Position numbers and translations under genes: made by a program. The notes under the pieces are model-generated. The model searched no databases. It was given only the letters and a program-made list of their open reading frames with translations, and was not told where the DNA came from. A stretch of DNA of 64,000 nt from an uncultured virus (IMG/VR IMGVR_UViG_3300021387_000053) (lineage: Duplodnaviria > Heunggongvirae > Uroviricota > Caudoviricetes), in IMG/VR virus record IMGVR_UViG_3300021387_000053, one strand, 5' to 3'. This document shows positions 11,348 through 22,800 of this stretch, piece after piece (positions within the stretch are counted from its first letter, which is position 1; each line of letters opens with the position of its first letter).

Positions 11348-11773
11348 ATGACAGATCTGATTAAGTAGACAAAGAAACTTGTCAACCGAATCGAATGGCA
11401 GGAAGTTCCAGAAGATTTAGACCTGGATGATATGTGCGACTTTATTCTGGATGCGATTGAGCATTTCTATGTCATGGCTGGGAAATCTGCGGAATATTCT
11501 GAAGATCTTGTTGTTCTCGATGAAGATGGGAAACCTCAGTATTTCAAAGCAGACTTTATGCTTGACGAACAGCGGTATATTCTTGCGACCGCTCAGTTAT
11601 ATTTCCTTGATAAAGTCAGGGGAGATCTGAGTGAGACAGAGAGCTATACTACAGATGCTATGAGCGTTACGAACGGAGACAAACCGTTCAAGAATGTAAC
11701 TGAAATGCTGAATCTCGCACGCTCTGAGCAGATCCAGATGTGGCATAAGATGCCTAGGTACAACATGCTGTAA
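11348..11773 (+). CDS. Putative head-tail adaptor, TAG at 11366
   Basis: AAGGAG SD, ATG 11348; SYTTDAMSVTN motif; synteny. Confidence 0.65.
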
Positions 11774-11792
11774 GGGAAGAGGCGGTAGGAAA

Positions 11793-12122
11793 ATGGAAGA
11801 GAAAAAGAACTTGAGTGTACATATTGTATACCGCAATGAAAAGCTGATGCCTGTTGCAGACTATATGTACAGTCTTGATGAATATACGCAAATGATCAGA
11901 AATGATATGATGCGGATGATTACTGATGTTGAAGATCTTGTCTATGAAGCGACGGGCGGTCTGCCGAAAGAGAAATGGGCAGATGAGACTTGGGCTAGAT
12001 TTGCCAAGATCAAACACAAGCTTTTGGATAAAGCAGGAGAAGTTGGCCGGCTTCCGCAGTGTATTGTATACGGGGGTGTTGGCGATGGGACGTATCTTGA
12101 ACAAGAGGAAAAGCGAAGTTGA
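11793..12122 (+). CDS. Hypothetical protein
   Basis: 109-aa ORF with TGA stop. Confidence 0.65.
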   Translation: MEEKKNLSVHIVYRNEKLMPVADYMYSLDEYTQMIRNDMMRMITDVEDLVYEATGGLPKEKWADETWARFAKIKHKLLDKAGEVGRLPQCIVYGGVGDGTYLEQEEKRS

Positions 12123-12894
12123 GTCTGCGGATTCTTTCGACGATGAAGCCTTACGTCCAAATCCTCAAATAAAAACTAATCGTAGATTCAGAGATCCTGC
12201 TACTCTGTACTCGGATTGGCATAACGAGCTTTATGAAGATAAGCCTTATGTAAATTGGTGGTTCGATATCGTGCATGACTGGTATAACAAGCCTGAAGAA
12301 CCGTATCGGATCAGAGCGCAGCAGACTCCTATCGACTGGAAGTCTAAGATTGGTAACTCAGATATGAGTACGAACTTTAAGGTTGAACATAATGTCGAGA
12401 TTTATAAAGGGGATTATGCAATACGGGAAGATGGTGCACTGTATCTCCTGAACTGGAATGTACAGAACCATGCGAACAACCAAGCGACTCAGTCCGTTGA
12501 GTGTAATGACTATATTACTTTTATGCGAGAGAGAAGAACAAGGGTTGACGGTAATGCGTTCATTTTGCCCGAAAGAGAAGACGGCAAGGAATATTCTGAA
12601 GATGGGAAATATGAGATTATCGTAAAAGATATTCCCGCTTCGCATTCTCTGTATACAGGTCGTCCTGATTATTCTGTGAGTTCAGGTATTCCGGGTGTAA
12701 CGTCTAATGACTTGATGAGTGTGTTCGTTCAGTGGAATAGCGAAACACAAAAGATTCGAGTAGATGATATATTCCGTATAGGGTTCTTCACTTACCATGT
12801 TGTTGACGTAGTAACCTCTGAAGTAAGGCTTGATAAAAAACATGGAGTATAGGATCTCTATGCTAAACGTATTCCTGGAGGTGTGATTGCTTAA
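12085..12894 (+). CDS. Putative head closure / neck protein, TAG at 12850
   Basis: Read-through adds DLYAKRIPGGVIA and gives a TAATG overlap with the next gene. Confidence 0.7.
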
Positions 12895-13472
12895 TGGGTA
12901 TGAGTTTAAATTAGAATCAAGCGCAAAAAGATTAGCAATCCGCTGCAGAAATTGCGATGGGCATTTTAAAAGATAGATTCTACGATAGTATGACTGCTGA
13001 GATGGGGAATATCGTTGCAGAAGTTGCTCGAGAAAAACATGATGGTGATATGTTTTCAGGGCCTCTTACTTCAGCGGTTGATAATTCTAAATACATGTCT
13101 TCCGTAGATACTAATGGAAGTATGGTCTCTTTCCCAGTTAAAGTTGAATTTCAAACTGAACAACAGCAGGAAATGTGGGACGTTGCTACGATTGGTAACC
13201 TAAGAACTCTTTGGGATGGTCATTCACACACGCATGCCAGACCTGGCGCAATAGTCTGGGGAAAAGGAATGCAAGAACAGCATGAGAGTAATGCTAAGAC
13301 AGAAAGAGAAATTCCGCAATGGGACTATTCTGGTATAGGTAAAGAATATGCTGAGGGAAAAATAAAAGACAATTCAGAAAAGATTGCTTTAGGAAGCGAT
13401 CACGGAATTGCCGCAGATGTTATTAAGTCTACTATAGAAAGCTAGTTAGTTTTAACTGTATCTGTTTCGTAA
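12894..13472 (+). CDS. Putative neck / tail completion protein, TAGs at 12912, 12933, 13443
   Basis: Coupled start; frame closed by TAA 13470-13472. Confidence 0.65.
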
Positions 13473-13485
13473 GAGGTGATAACGG

Positions 13486-13971
13486 ATGTACGTTGAGAAG
13501 AAGAAGACATGGAAAGATAATTGGAACGACGTTGTTCGTTATCTCATTTTTACTGATGCTAAAATGCAAGAGCTTATGTGCTTACCAAAAGGAATAACAA
13601 TTCCGCAGTTTTGTGAAAAGTATTTTATTCGTGACGGGGACGGTGCTGAATTATTAACCGATGAGAAGGTTCGTGTTATTTATAATGACAGTCCCGGAAC
13701 TCCTACAAAGAATAGATTTGTAAAGAATCGATATAAAGAATTCGATATCTATGTTAAAGATGAATATGTTCATCCTTCATGGGATTATCAGTTTTCCACT
13801 GATTGGATGAAATGTCGTTATGATGCTATTGCAGAAAGATTAAAAGTTCTTTTATGTAATGGCGATGTATTTGGATTAAAGTTTTTCTTTGAAGATGAAT
13901 ACGATTAGTGGACTAAAACCGTAGGGTATAAAAGATACCATGTCGTATTTTCTTATCAAACAACTGTTTAA
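13486..13971 (+). CDS. Putative tail terminator protein, TAG at 13906
   Basis: Read-through adds WTKTVGYKRYHVVFSYQTTV; lies directly before the tail tube gene. Confidence 0.7.
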
Positions 13972-14053
13972 TATATCTTGAGTATAAAGATGTAGGCGGC
14001 ATCTTAATACGTCGATATAAACTACAACTTCTCAAATAAAGGGAGGAATAAAT

Positions 14054-14902
14054 ATGGGTGCAATTTATTTAGATATTGCAAAGGGCTATGTTATCGATAC
14101 TCCTAACATTGACTTTGAACGTTGCGATGGCACGGTCTTCTCCTATGATAAGGTGAACACTGCTTCCTCTAACTTCACTCTGAATGGTTAGGATATTACT
14201 GGTGGTCAGTATCGTCTGCCCCTGGCTCACATCGACACCGACTCTACTGTTGAAATCAGCTTCGAATCTTCTGAGTTCACTCTGGACATTTTCGAACTGG
14301 CTAATGCTGAAAAGGTTTCCGTTGGTGATATCGGTATGCTGGAGAGCAAGCGTTTCGAAGTCAAGGAAGGTCTGAAGATTACTCTGCCTTACGAAGTGCA
14401 GGCTAACTCCGTTTCCATCCGTGGTCTGGAAGAAGCTACCACTGCTGCCGAAGGTAAGTTTGCTGTGGCGATTACTGCTGCTGGGGCTGAAACCGATGGC
14501 AAGACCGAGATTACTCTGAACGCTGCTGATGCTACTGTCGGTGACGAGATCCGTGTGAGCTACCATCGCCGGATTGTGGACGCTCATCGTGTTATCGTCC
14601 GCAATACTTCTACCACTGCTAAGGGTGCTCTTGCTATGCACTTCCCGGTGTATTCCGACGGTGGTTCTTGCGAAGACGCTAACCTGAAGGGCTGGCTGCA
14701 TATCTACTACTATCGTGTCCGTGTGACTCAGACCCCTGGTATCAATGCCAGCTACAAGAGCGCACAGACCTTCGGTCTCACATTCTCCGTTATTGACCCT
14801 CAGCGTGCTGACGGTCGTACCTATGAATGGAGCTACGAACCTCTTGATCCCGATGGCAATATCGTTGTTAAGAGCGACGCTACCGAAGTTGACTGGGGTT
14901 AA
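14054..14902 (+). CDS. Major tail (tube) protein, 282 aa, TAG at 14189
   Basis: GGAGG SD, capsid-like codon bias, downstream terminator, position before chaperones and tape measure. Confidence 0.8.
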
Positions 14903-14915
14903 TCAGTCTAATCTG

Positions 14916-14946
14916 GGGAGACGGATTTATTCCGTCTCCCGTCTTT
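14916..14946 (+). terminator. Intrinsic terminator
   Basis: GGGAGACGGA/TCCGTCTCCC hairpin plus GTCTTT. Confidence 0.7.
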
Positions 14947-14974
14947 ATAAAGTATAAAGGAAGAAGGAATCGAA

Positions 14975-15238
14975 ATGGATAATGATGCTATGTTTAAAAG
15001 GGCGAAGGAATTGGTGTGCGAATACTTTAACAGTCATGCAGAGAAGACAGATAATTTCGCAATCACCGCAAAGGATGTATACATTGTGTGGTTTTCGAAG
15101 ACATTACAGAATTGGAAAGCCTTACTGAGTACAGTTGTTCCTGACGGGATGTATTATGAGATTACTCACAATGGAGATAAACATGAAACTTATCTGGATG
15201 CATACAAGAAGTTTCAGAATGTATGTTATCCTGACTAA
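14975..15238 (+). CDS. DUF6275-like small phage protein
   Basis: VYIVWFSKTLQNWKALLST..DGMYYEITHNGDK.ETYLDAYKK motif. Confidence 0.75.
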   Translation: MDNDAMFKRAKELVCEYFNSHAEKTDNFAITAKDVYIVWFSKTLQNWKALLSTVVPDGMYYEITHNGDKHETYLDAYKKFQNVCYPD

Positions 15239-15301
15239 ATAAATGTACCCTATGTGAGAAGCATAGGGCTTTTCTTTTTATACTAAAGGAGTTGAAGGAT
15301 A

Positions 15302-15817
15302 GTGGCAACGAGGAAAAAGAGTTAGGCAGTACCTGATGCGGAACAGGCAGTAGTTGAGATGCCGTCGAGCGAACAGGAACATAAAGAGCTTCCAGATCCG
15401 AAACAAAAGAAGAAAGAGATTCCTTCCGCAGAGATTGAAAAGAAGGAATTACCGAAGACAGGACATCCTGAAAATATGGTTCTGTTTGGCAATACACCGA
15501 TTGAGATATTCCCAACAAAGCTTGAATACTTCAGGAATAAGACAGCGAACTTTTATCGTCTCCTTCAATTATACCCAGTAGGAGAAGTACTTGATTTGAC
15601 AGCGGAGCAGCTTGGAGATAAAGACGGAGATAAGGCAACCTTTGATTGGCTGATTGCTGTTACGGATAATGAGGAACTTGTTAAGGCAAACTACAATCTC
15701 ATTAATCAGGACACAATCGATAAAATGGTTGATATTTTTGTTCGTGTTAATAAGATCAAAGAGAAGGAAGAAAAATTAAAAAACCTGATGGCCCCCAAAA
15801 ATCCGGGGGCGAAATAA
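15302..15817 (+). CDS. Tail assembly chaperone (gpG-like), TAG at 15323
   Basis: GTG start after AAGGA; ends just past a slippery A AAA AAC. Confidence 0.7.
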
Positions 15818-16128
15818 CATTAGATAAAGCAGTCGCTTTAATTGCAACATATCTAGGCGTGATTGACGAAGCTCAACTAAATAAGATGAGTTTTATCTTT
15901 TTTGAGGATATCTTGGAACAGCTTGGTCGGCGGATAACCTACGAAGGGATTGTGAACTACGCAGGAAATAGTTTCTGCGAGAAGTCATGGGAAATGATTA
16001 TGGAGAATAATCCTATGGAACTGATCAACGAAGGCGGACAGAAAATTAATTCCAAGAATAAAGGTTTATCTGATTTCTTCTCGCATCTCAGCGGAAAGAA
16101 CATGAAGAAAGGTACTGGGGGAAAGTAA
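15778..16128 (+). CDS. Tail assembly chaperone -1 frameshift extension (gpT-like)
   Basis: The -1 frame is open from the slippery site at 15778 through track ORF 15859..16128. Confidence 0.7.
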   Translation, partial: KKPDGPQKSGGEITLDKAVALIATYLGVIDEAQLNKMSFIFFEDILEQLGRRITYEGIVNYAGNSFCEKSWEMIMENNPMELINEGGQKINSKNKGLSDFFSHLSGKNMKKGTGGK

Positions 16129-16129
16129 A

Positions 16130-16783
16130 ATGGAAATTGAAAAAGCATTAGTTAGAAAAGAAATGATGCCAGAGGAAGAATGGGTTGAGATTGGAAAGCT
16201 TCCAGATGGTCAGAAGATTATGTGTAAAAAGCATATATCTTATGGAGATAAAGAAAGTCTCGCTCTTGGACTTGCTTCATTGACGGTTGTAAGAGATTAT
16301 AAAAATGAAGCATGTTATATCAGCTATAAGAAGACATTGATAGAGACAACTCTTTTTGTAGCGTATTATACAAATCTTGAAGTTGAATCTGAAGATTCAA
16401 GTGAAGATGTCATGAATTTCATTTTCAATTATGTTGTATCTTCTGGAATTTATGATGCAATGATGGATGTGATCAAACCAGACTTAGAATTCGTGTACGA
16501 GATTTATTATAATACTTGTGATGTTATAACTACTTTATTTGATGGGGATTATAGTCTTAGCGGTAAGGTCAAGAAAACATTTTCTTCTATCTTAGACGGA
16601 GAAGATATGATAGATTCTATCGCTAAAACTGAAGAAGTCACAGGTAAAATTGAAGAGTTATTAAGAACTTATCAGGCAGCTCAGGTAGCCGATGTTGAGA
16701 AAGGCGTTATCCCGATCAAAGACGGAGTCCTTAATATTGGCGGTAAACAATTTGATTTACGAAAAAAGGAATTAGAAGAATGA
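16130..16783 (+). CDS. Hypothetical protein
   Basis: 217-aa AT-rich ORF before the tape measure gene. Confidence 0.7.
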   Translation: MEIEKALVRKEMMPEEEWVEIGKLPDGQKIMCKKHISYGDKESLALGLASLTVVRDYKNEACYISYKKTLIETTLFVAYYTNLEVESEDSSEDVMNFIFNYVVSSGIYDAMMDVIKPDLEFVYEIYYNTCDVITTLFDGDYSLSGKVKKTFSSILDGEDMIDSIAKTEEVTGKIEELLRTYQAAQVADVEKGVIPIKDGVLNIGGKQFDLRKKELEE

Positions 16784-16821
16784 AATAATATAGCAGAAAG
16801 GATATGGAGGTGATTTGTTAC

Positions 16822-19800
16822 ATGGCACAGAACATTGATCTTGGTAGTGTAACACTTCAAATTGACGATGCGTAGAAACAACTGAGTAGTTTGTCTGGTG
16901 CAATCACACGAGCGGGTAGTGCAATGGATAACGTTAAACTCGCAGAGGGATTGCAGAGACAGGTTGATGGAGTCAAACATGTCCTTTCTGGATTAAACAC
17001 TCAAATAACATCTATGATTTCAAATATCAATAGCACTCTTGGAACATTGGATGGAAGTGCTATTACGAAAAGTTTGACAAGCATAGAACAAAGTGTTAAA
17101 AGGATTTCTGATTCTTTAGGTGATTCTTTTTCTACGGCAATTAAAGATATTAATTCAGATGCTAAGGCTTTGGATTTCTCATCTACGATAGGGCAATAGA
17201 GAACGTTAAGTAATGCGTTCGCAATGACTTCAGAAGAAGCCAAGCAACAATCTAAGTCATTAAAAAAGACTGGAGAATATAGTGGAGATTCGTTTGGTCT
17301 TAAAGGCATAATTAACGATATCGAAAAAGTTAATGGTGCTATTAATACATTACAAACGAATTTACAGAATCTATCAACACAAGAAGGATTTAATTTATTT
17401 AATGATCTTCATGGTAATATAGACTATATCAAGGGTAGCTTTGACGATTTAAACGCAGTAATAAATGAAGCACCAAAAGCTGTAAGTGCTTTTTCTGAAG
17501 CCATTCAAGGGAAAGCTGGATCTGGTGCAAATGCGTTAACTCAATATGTCGGAGAAATAACAAAACTTTCTAATTCAATAAGAAGGTTGGTTACTGTCCC
17601 TCAAGTAGATGAGACGAATATTAGAGCAAACCTTCAAACAATTTTGGATGCTGTTGACGAATATGATACTCAATTGGCTGATATAGCTGAATCAGCGAAG
17701 TCGTCTTTTAAAAAGATGACATCAGCAGAAGGCGTTGAGAAAATTACAGACGGCATGAAGAAGATGATGGGAGTCGTCAATGTCACAGAAGGGCAAAAAA
17801 AATATGCTCAGATTGCTGATGTTGTGAACGGACTTGCGCCGTTAAAGAATATTTCTGGTGACATTACAAAAGCAGCTAAAGGTATGAGCGATGCAATAAC
17901 CAGTATCGGAGATAGTTTTAAACAATAGAATCTAGAATCCGTTACTGGCCCAAGAGGGTCGTTACAAAGTATTGCGTCATCTTTAGTGACGGTTAAAGAA
18001 AAATTACTTGGCGTTAAAACAGAGGCTAAAGAAGCCGCTACAGCTGTTACTCAAGAAACTGCTAAAGCAAGCCAGGAAGCAGAGAAGGTTGCAACCGCTG
18101 AAGAAAAGGTAACAACTGCTAAAAAGAAAACAAAGAAAGCTACAGAAGAGGCCGTACAGAAAACAACTGCTTCAATAGACACAAAGCAGTTAGGACAGAT
18201 TACTGGAGCATTAAGCAGTATTAATACGGCAATAACAAATATCTCTACTAATGGTCTTAAAATTGACGGATTCAAGGATTCGATTAAAGGTATCGCAGAG
18301 GAATTCGTAAATGCGAATGTAGCGGCTGGCTTATTTATTCGGACTATTAATAATGGCGTAGCTGTTAATACAAATGTTGCCAGTACAAGTGGGGCTTTCG
18401 GAAAGACGTTTGCTGGCATTACTCAAGACATCAAAGATGCTCAGAGCAACCTTGAAAGTATAATGGATAATACTTCCGATATGTTGGAAGGGAAGACAGC
18501 TACGGGGACTCCTACTGGAGGAGCGTTGCCCAAAATTACTATTGATACGAAGTCTGCGAAAGATGCGCTTCAGGATCTGCAAGACAGTATTACTAAAATT
18601 GGGACAGCAGCTGGAGGTTTAAAAGGCACTATTGAAGGTAGCCTGAACGGTATAACATTAGAAAGTTTAAGTAAAAAGTTCGATGAAGTAATCACGAAAA
18701 TAAATGAAGTTGTTACAAAAGCCGGAGAACTTGCGACTAAGTTATCCACGCCTTACAGCAGTAGTTCGTTCGATGGGTTGATTACTAAGCTTGGAGAAGT
18801 CGTTATAAAAGTAGACGAGGTAATGAAAAAGTTTGATGATTTATCAACCAAAGTGTCTACGCCATAGCCTACAAATCTTTTTACTTCATTCAAGACCAAT
18901 GCAGGAGAACTGACTTCTTCTTTTGAATCTGTCAAGAAATCGGTTGGAGAAGTTCAGGCATTGGTTTCAACTCTTAGTACTTCTTTATCTTCTATGGGGA
19001 TTAAGAATGTTAAATCTTTATAGGGCGCAGCGAAAGGTGCTACATCTTCTGGCAACACTATTGAGAAACAAGAGGTAGGTCGGCTTTATAAAGAATACGA
19101 AGAATATCAGCAAAGGTATTTAGCTGTTGCAAAGCAGATTCAGAATTTCCCTGAAAACACTCCGAAGCATTTAATTGATGATGCGGAGAAAGAAGTATTA
19201 GATCTGTTAGATTTAATGAAGAAAGTTAAAGAGGGCGAGAGAGAATAGGATGGTAGCATAAAGACAAAAGGCTATTTAGACTATGATCCCAGTGCTCGTG
19301 ATAAGGCTAGGGAAGCCCGCATAGAACGAAGAGATGTTTACAACGAGTTAGATCTGTCCCGTACAAGGGCTGAAATAAAAGCAACGAATGCGGCGTTTGA
19401 TGAGGGTGTCGCTAGGGTTGAAGCGTATTACAAGAAATATGAAGAATTAAGCAGAGAAATAGAAGATGTTGAAAAGAAACAGATAGGGTTAGACCATGAC
19501 TCTGAATATTGGAAAGAGTTAGAAGCAAAAAGACTTGACTAGAGAGATAAGCGTCGAGACGAAAAACTAAAGTGGGAAGGCGAAAATACAGCTTATAGAG
19601 ATACTGGTAGAGAACAGTACTTGACTGGCCCTAATGGGTTGGAAGCAGAAATAAATGCCGAAGTGAAACTTGCACAAGCTAAATATAATACCGCTGAAGC
19701 AGAGAAGGCTAAGAGTGCTGCAGAAGCTGAAGCCAAGCGGAACCAAAAGAAGCAGGATGCTGAGAACAACAGGAACAAGAAAAAAGCCGAAGCTATTGAG

Positions 19801-22800
19801 GCTAAGGAAGTAAAAGAAGTTACTGCTGAGATCGAGACGCTATATCAACGAATTAATGAATCTCAAGTAAAAATAAAAACGGGTTTACTTGATTCGGATG
19901 AGATAGATAATGAAATAAAAAAGATTAAAGCATTAAAAGATCAGATATCTGATGTGTGGAGTCGAGCATCATATGGAGCAAGACAAAAAGTAAATGATCC
20001 AGAGATAAAGCAAAATAGTGACCAAGATTATGTTAATCAGCTGTATTCACAAATGGAAAACATCTTGAAGATGAGAGAAAAAGCTCAGGCTGATTTTGAA
20101 AAGACCGGCGATGCAACACAAGTCAATAAATTAGGCGTTGCGTTCGATAACTTGAATACGACAGTACATAGTCTTAGTGCGGCTTATAGAGACTTAGCGA
20201 AGGAACAAGACTTAGCGTTCCAGAATTCTCAGATCACAAAGAGTCAGGACGAAGCTTCCGCTGCCTTAACAGAGATGATTCAGAAATACGGAGAGCTTCA
20301 AAAGTTATATGAGAAACGAGCAGAAGGGCCTTTAACTGGAGCGGAAAGAGTCCAGTTGGAAAATGCCGAGAAGAGAATCGAGCAGATCAAACAGGAACAC
20401 AAAGAATTCGAGAAGCTTGAAGCTGTTAAGAAAGCAGCGGCTTCTGCGGATACCGCTCGTTCGTATTCCGAAATGGCTTTAAATAGAAAGAACTTCGCTA
20501 GTTCTTACGATGAACTTACCAAGGCGATCCAAAGATATAAAGCCGCTAAGGAATCGGGAGACACTGCGGAACAAGAGAGTGCCGAGGTAACAATTTCTAA
20601 ATATAAGAACGCAATTAAAGAAGCAGAAAAGTACATGAGTCTACTGGATAAAGAGTCTGATACTTACAAAGAATTGGCTCAAAATGTAGGGAAAGTAAAG
20701 ACAGCTATCGGAGAGTTAGGGTCGGAACAAAAAAAGAATGCCAATGAAAATGAGAAGGCAGACAATAGGTCGCTCGACAGATTAGCTCAACTTGCTAAGA
20801 CATATATCTAGATGAGGGGACTGCGTACTCTTTGGAAGAACGCTACTTCTTATGTAACGGAATACTATGATGCTCTGAACGAAATCCGTGTGGTTACCGG
20901 GAAGAGCGAGCAAGAATCTCTGGCTCTTGGCGAGAATTATCGTAAGCTTGCCAAGGAAATGAGTACGACTTCTCAGGAACTTGCTGAGTCTGCTGTTACT
21001 CTGTATCGTCAGGGCTTGAGCGATGAGCAAGTGAATGAACGTCTGAAGTACACGACAATGTACTCAAAGACTTCTGGTCTCGAAATGGGAACAGCTACTG
21101 AACTGATGACCGCTACGATAAATGCTTATTCCAGTTATGTCCGCTCTGTTGAAGAAGCCGGAGAGGTTACTACTAAGGTCGGTTATAATGCGGAAGAAGT
21201 TGCCAGTATGTTTACCGCTGTTGGTAACGCAGCTGCATCCAGTGGTGAAGAAATTGGTACTGCTGCCCAGAAGGTTGCAAGTGTTGCGGGTGAAGCCGGA
21301 CTTTCTCTGGAATATCTTTCCGCATATATAGCTACTCTTTCTGAAAAGACTCGACTTGCTCCTGAGACAATCGGTACTGCTCTGAATACGATGATCGCTC
21401 GTCTCCGTCAGATTAAACAGAACGGATTCAACGAAGAAGACGAAACCAAGATTAACGACGTGGCTAAAGCTTTACGGACTATCGGTGTATCTCTTATGGA
21501 TACGGAAGGTAACTGGAGAGACCTCAACGATATCTTCGAAGATATCGGTAAGAAGTGGGATGATATGTCTGATAAGCAGAAATCCTATATCTCTACAACG
21601 ATGGCTGGTACTCGTCAGCAGAACTACTTCATTGCTTTGATGAATGATTTGTCTAAAGCGGACGAAGGTGCTTCCCGTGCGATGGAACTTTACAATATCG
21701 CCATGAATAGTTCTGGCTCTGTTGCCAAGAGCTATTCTACATATATGGAATCTGCAACGGCAGCCGCTGATAGATTTAAGCAGGCTATGGAAAATGTGTA
21801 TTCTACTTTATTAGACGCAAGTGCTATAAAAGGATTGCACGATTTCGGTACGGGAGTTGCGAATGGCTTTGCTCAAGCTACAAAAAGTGTGAGTGGCTTT
21901 AATGTTATTATTCCTACTGCGGTTGGCGTAATACTTACATAGATTGCGGCATTTGCTTCCCTTAAAAAAGCATTGGCAGGAGCGAGTCTGGTTTCATGGA
22001 TTACTTCTGCGAGTGTTGGATTTGGAACTAAAATTGGTTTGATTATTGCGGGTGTAACAGCCCTTATAGCCGTTATGTCTTTACTTGCCAATGTATTTGA
22101 TCAAAAAGTCCCAACAATGGCGGAAAAATTTAGTGGACTGAAAGAGAGTATAGATAAAGTAAAACAGTCTGTTAAAGATATTGGGACAGCGCAGCAAGAC
22201 ATAGTCAAGGATAATACAAGCCTCAAAACATTAAGAGATGAGTATGCTGAGTTGTCAACGAAAGCCAATAAAACTAAAGAAGACAACGAAAGACTGAAGA
22301 CTATTTTAGATGAACTGTCTGCTCTTTCCCCTGGTGTAGCTTCCGCTCTGGAAGGAATAACTGATGTGTATTCCTATCAAGAGGGAGTTATTGATGCAGT
22401 TAATAAACAACTCGAAAGAAATATTGAGTTGTCTAAGGAAGTAGCCAAAACCAAAATACGAGAACAACTTCCCACTCTTGAAGAAACTTCGAATAAGATC
22501 AAGAATTTACAAAACGATATCAACAATCAGAGTAATAAAGTAAATGACTTTAATACAAAGTTCGCTACAGATAAGGGTTACACAGTAGCCAATGCTAATG
22601 GAACTTATATATACTCTAAAGCAGGCAAGGATTTTTCTATAACTGAATTCTTGCAACAATTATTAATTAATGCGGCTAAAAACGGTGATCTTACTGGGAA
22701 CAATGGACAAGATTTTGCAGACCAGTTCTTCCAATACGGTATAGCCAATAAACATGGACGGGCGTTTAATCTAGAAATCAATAAAGGTCAAGCCAAGAAT

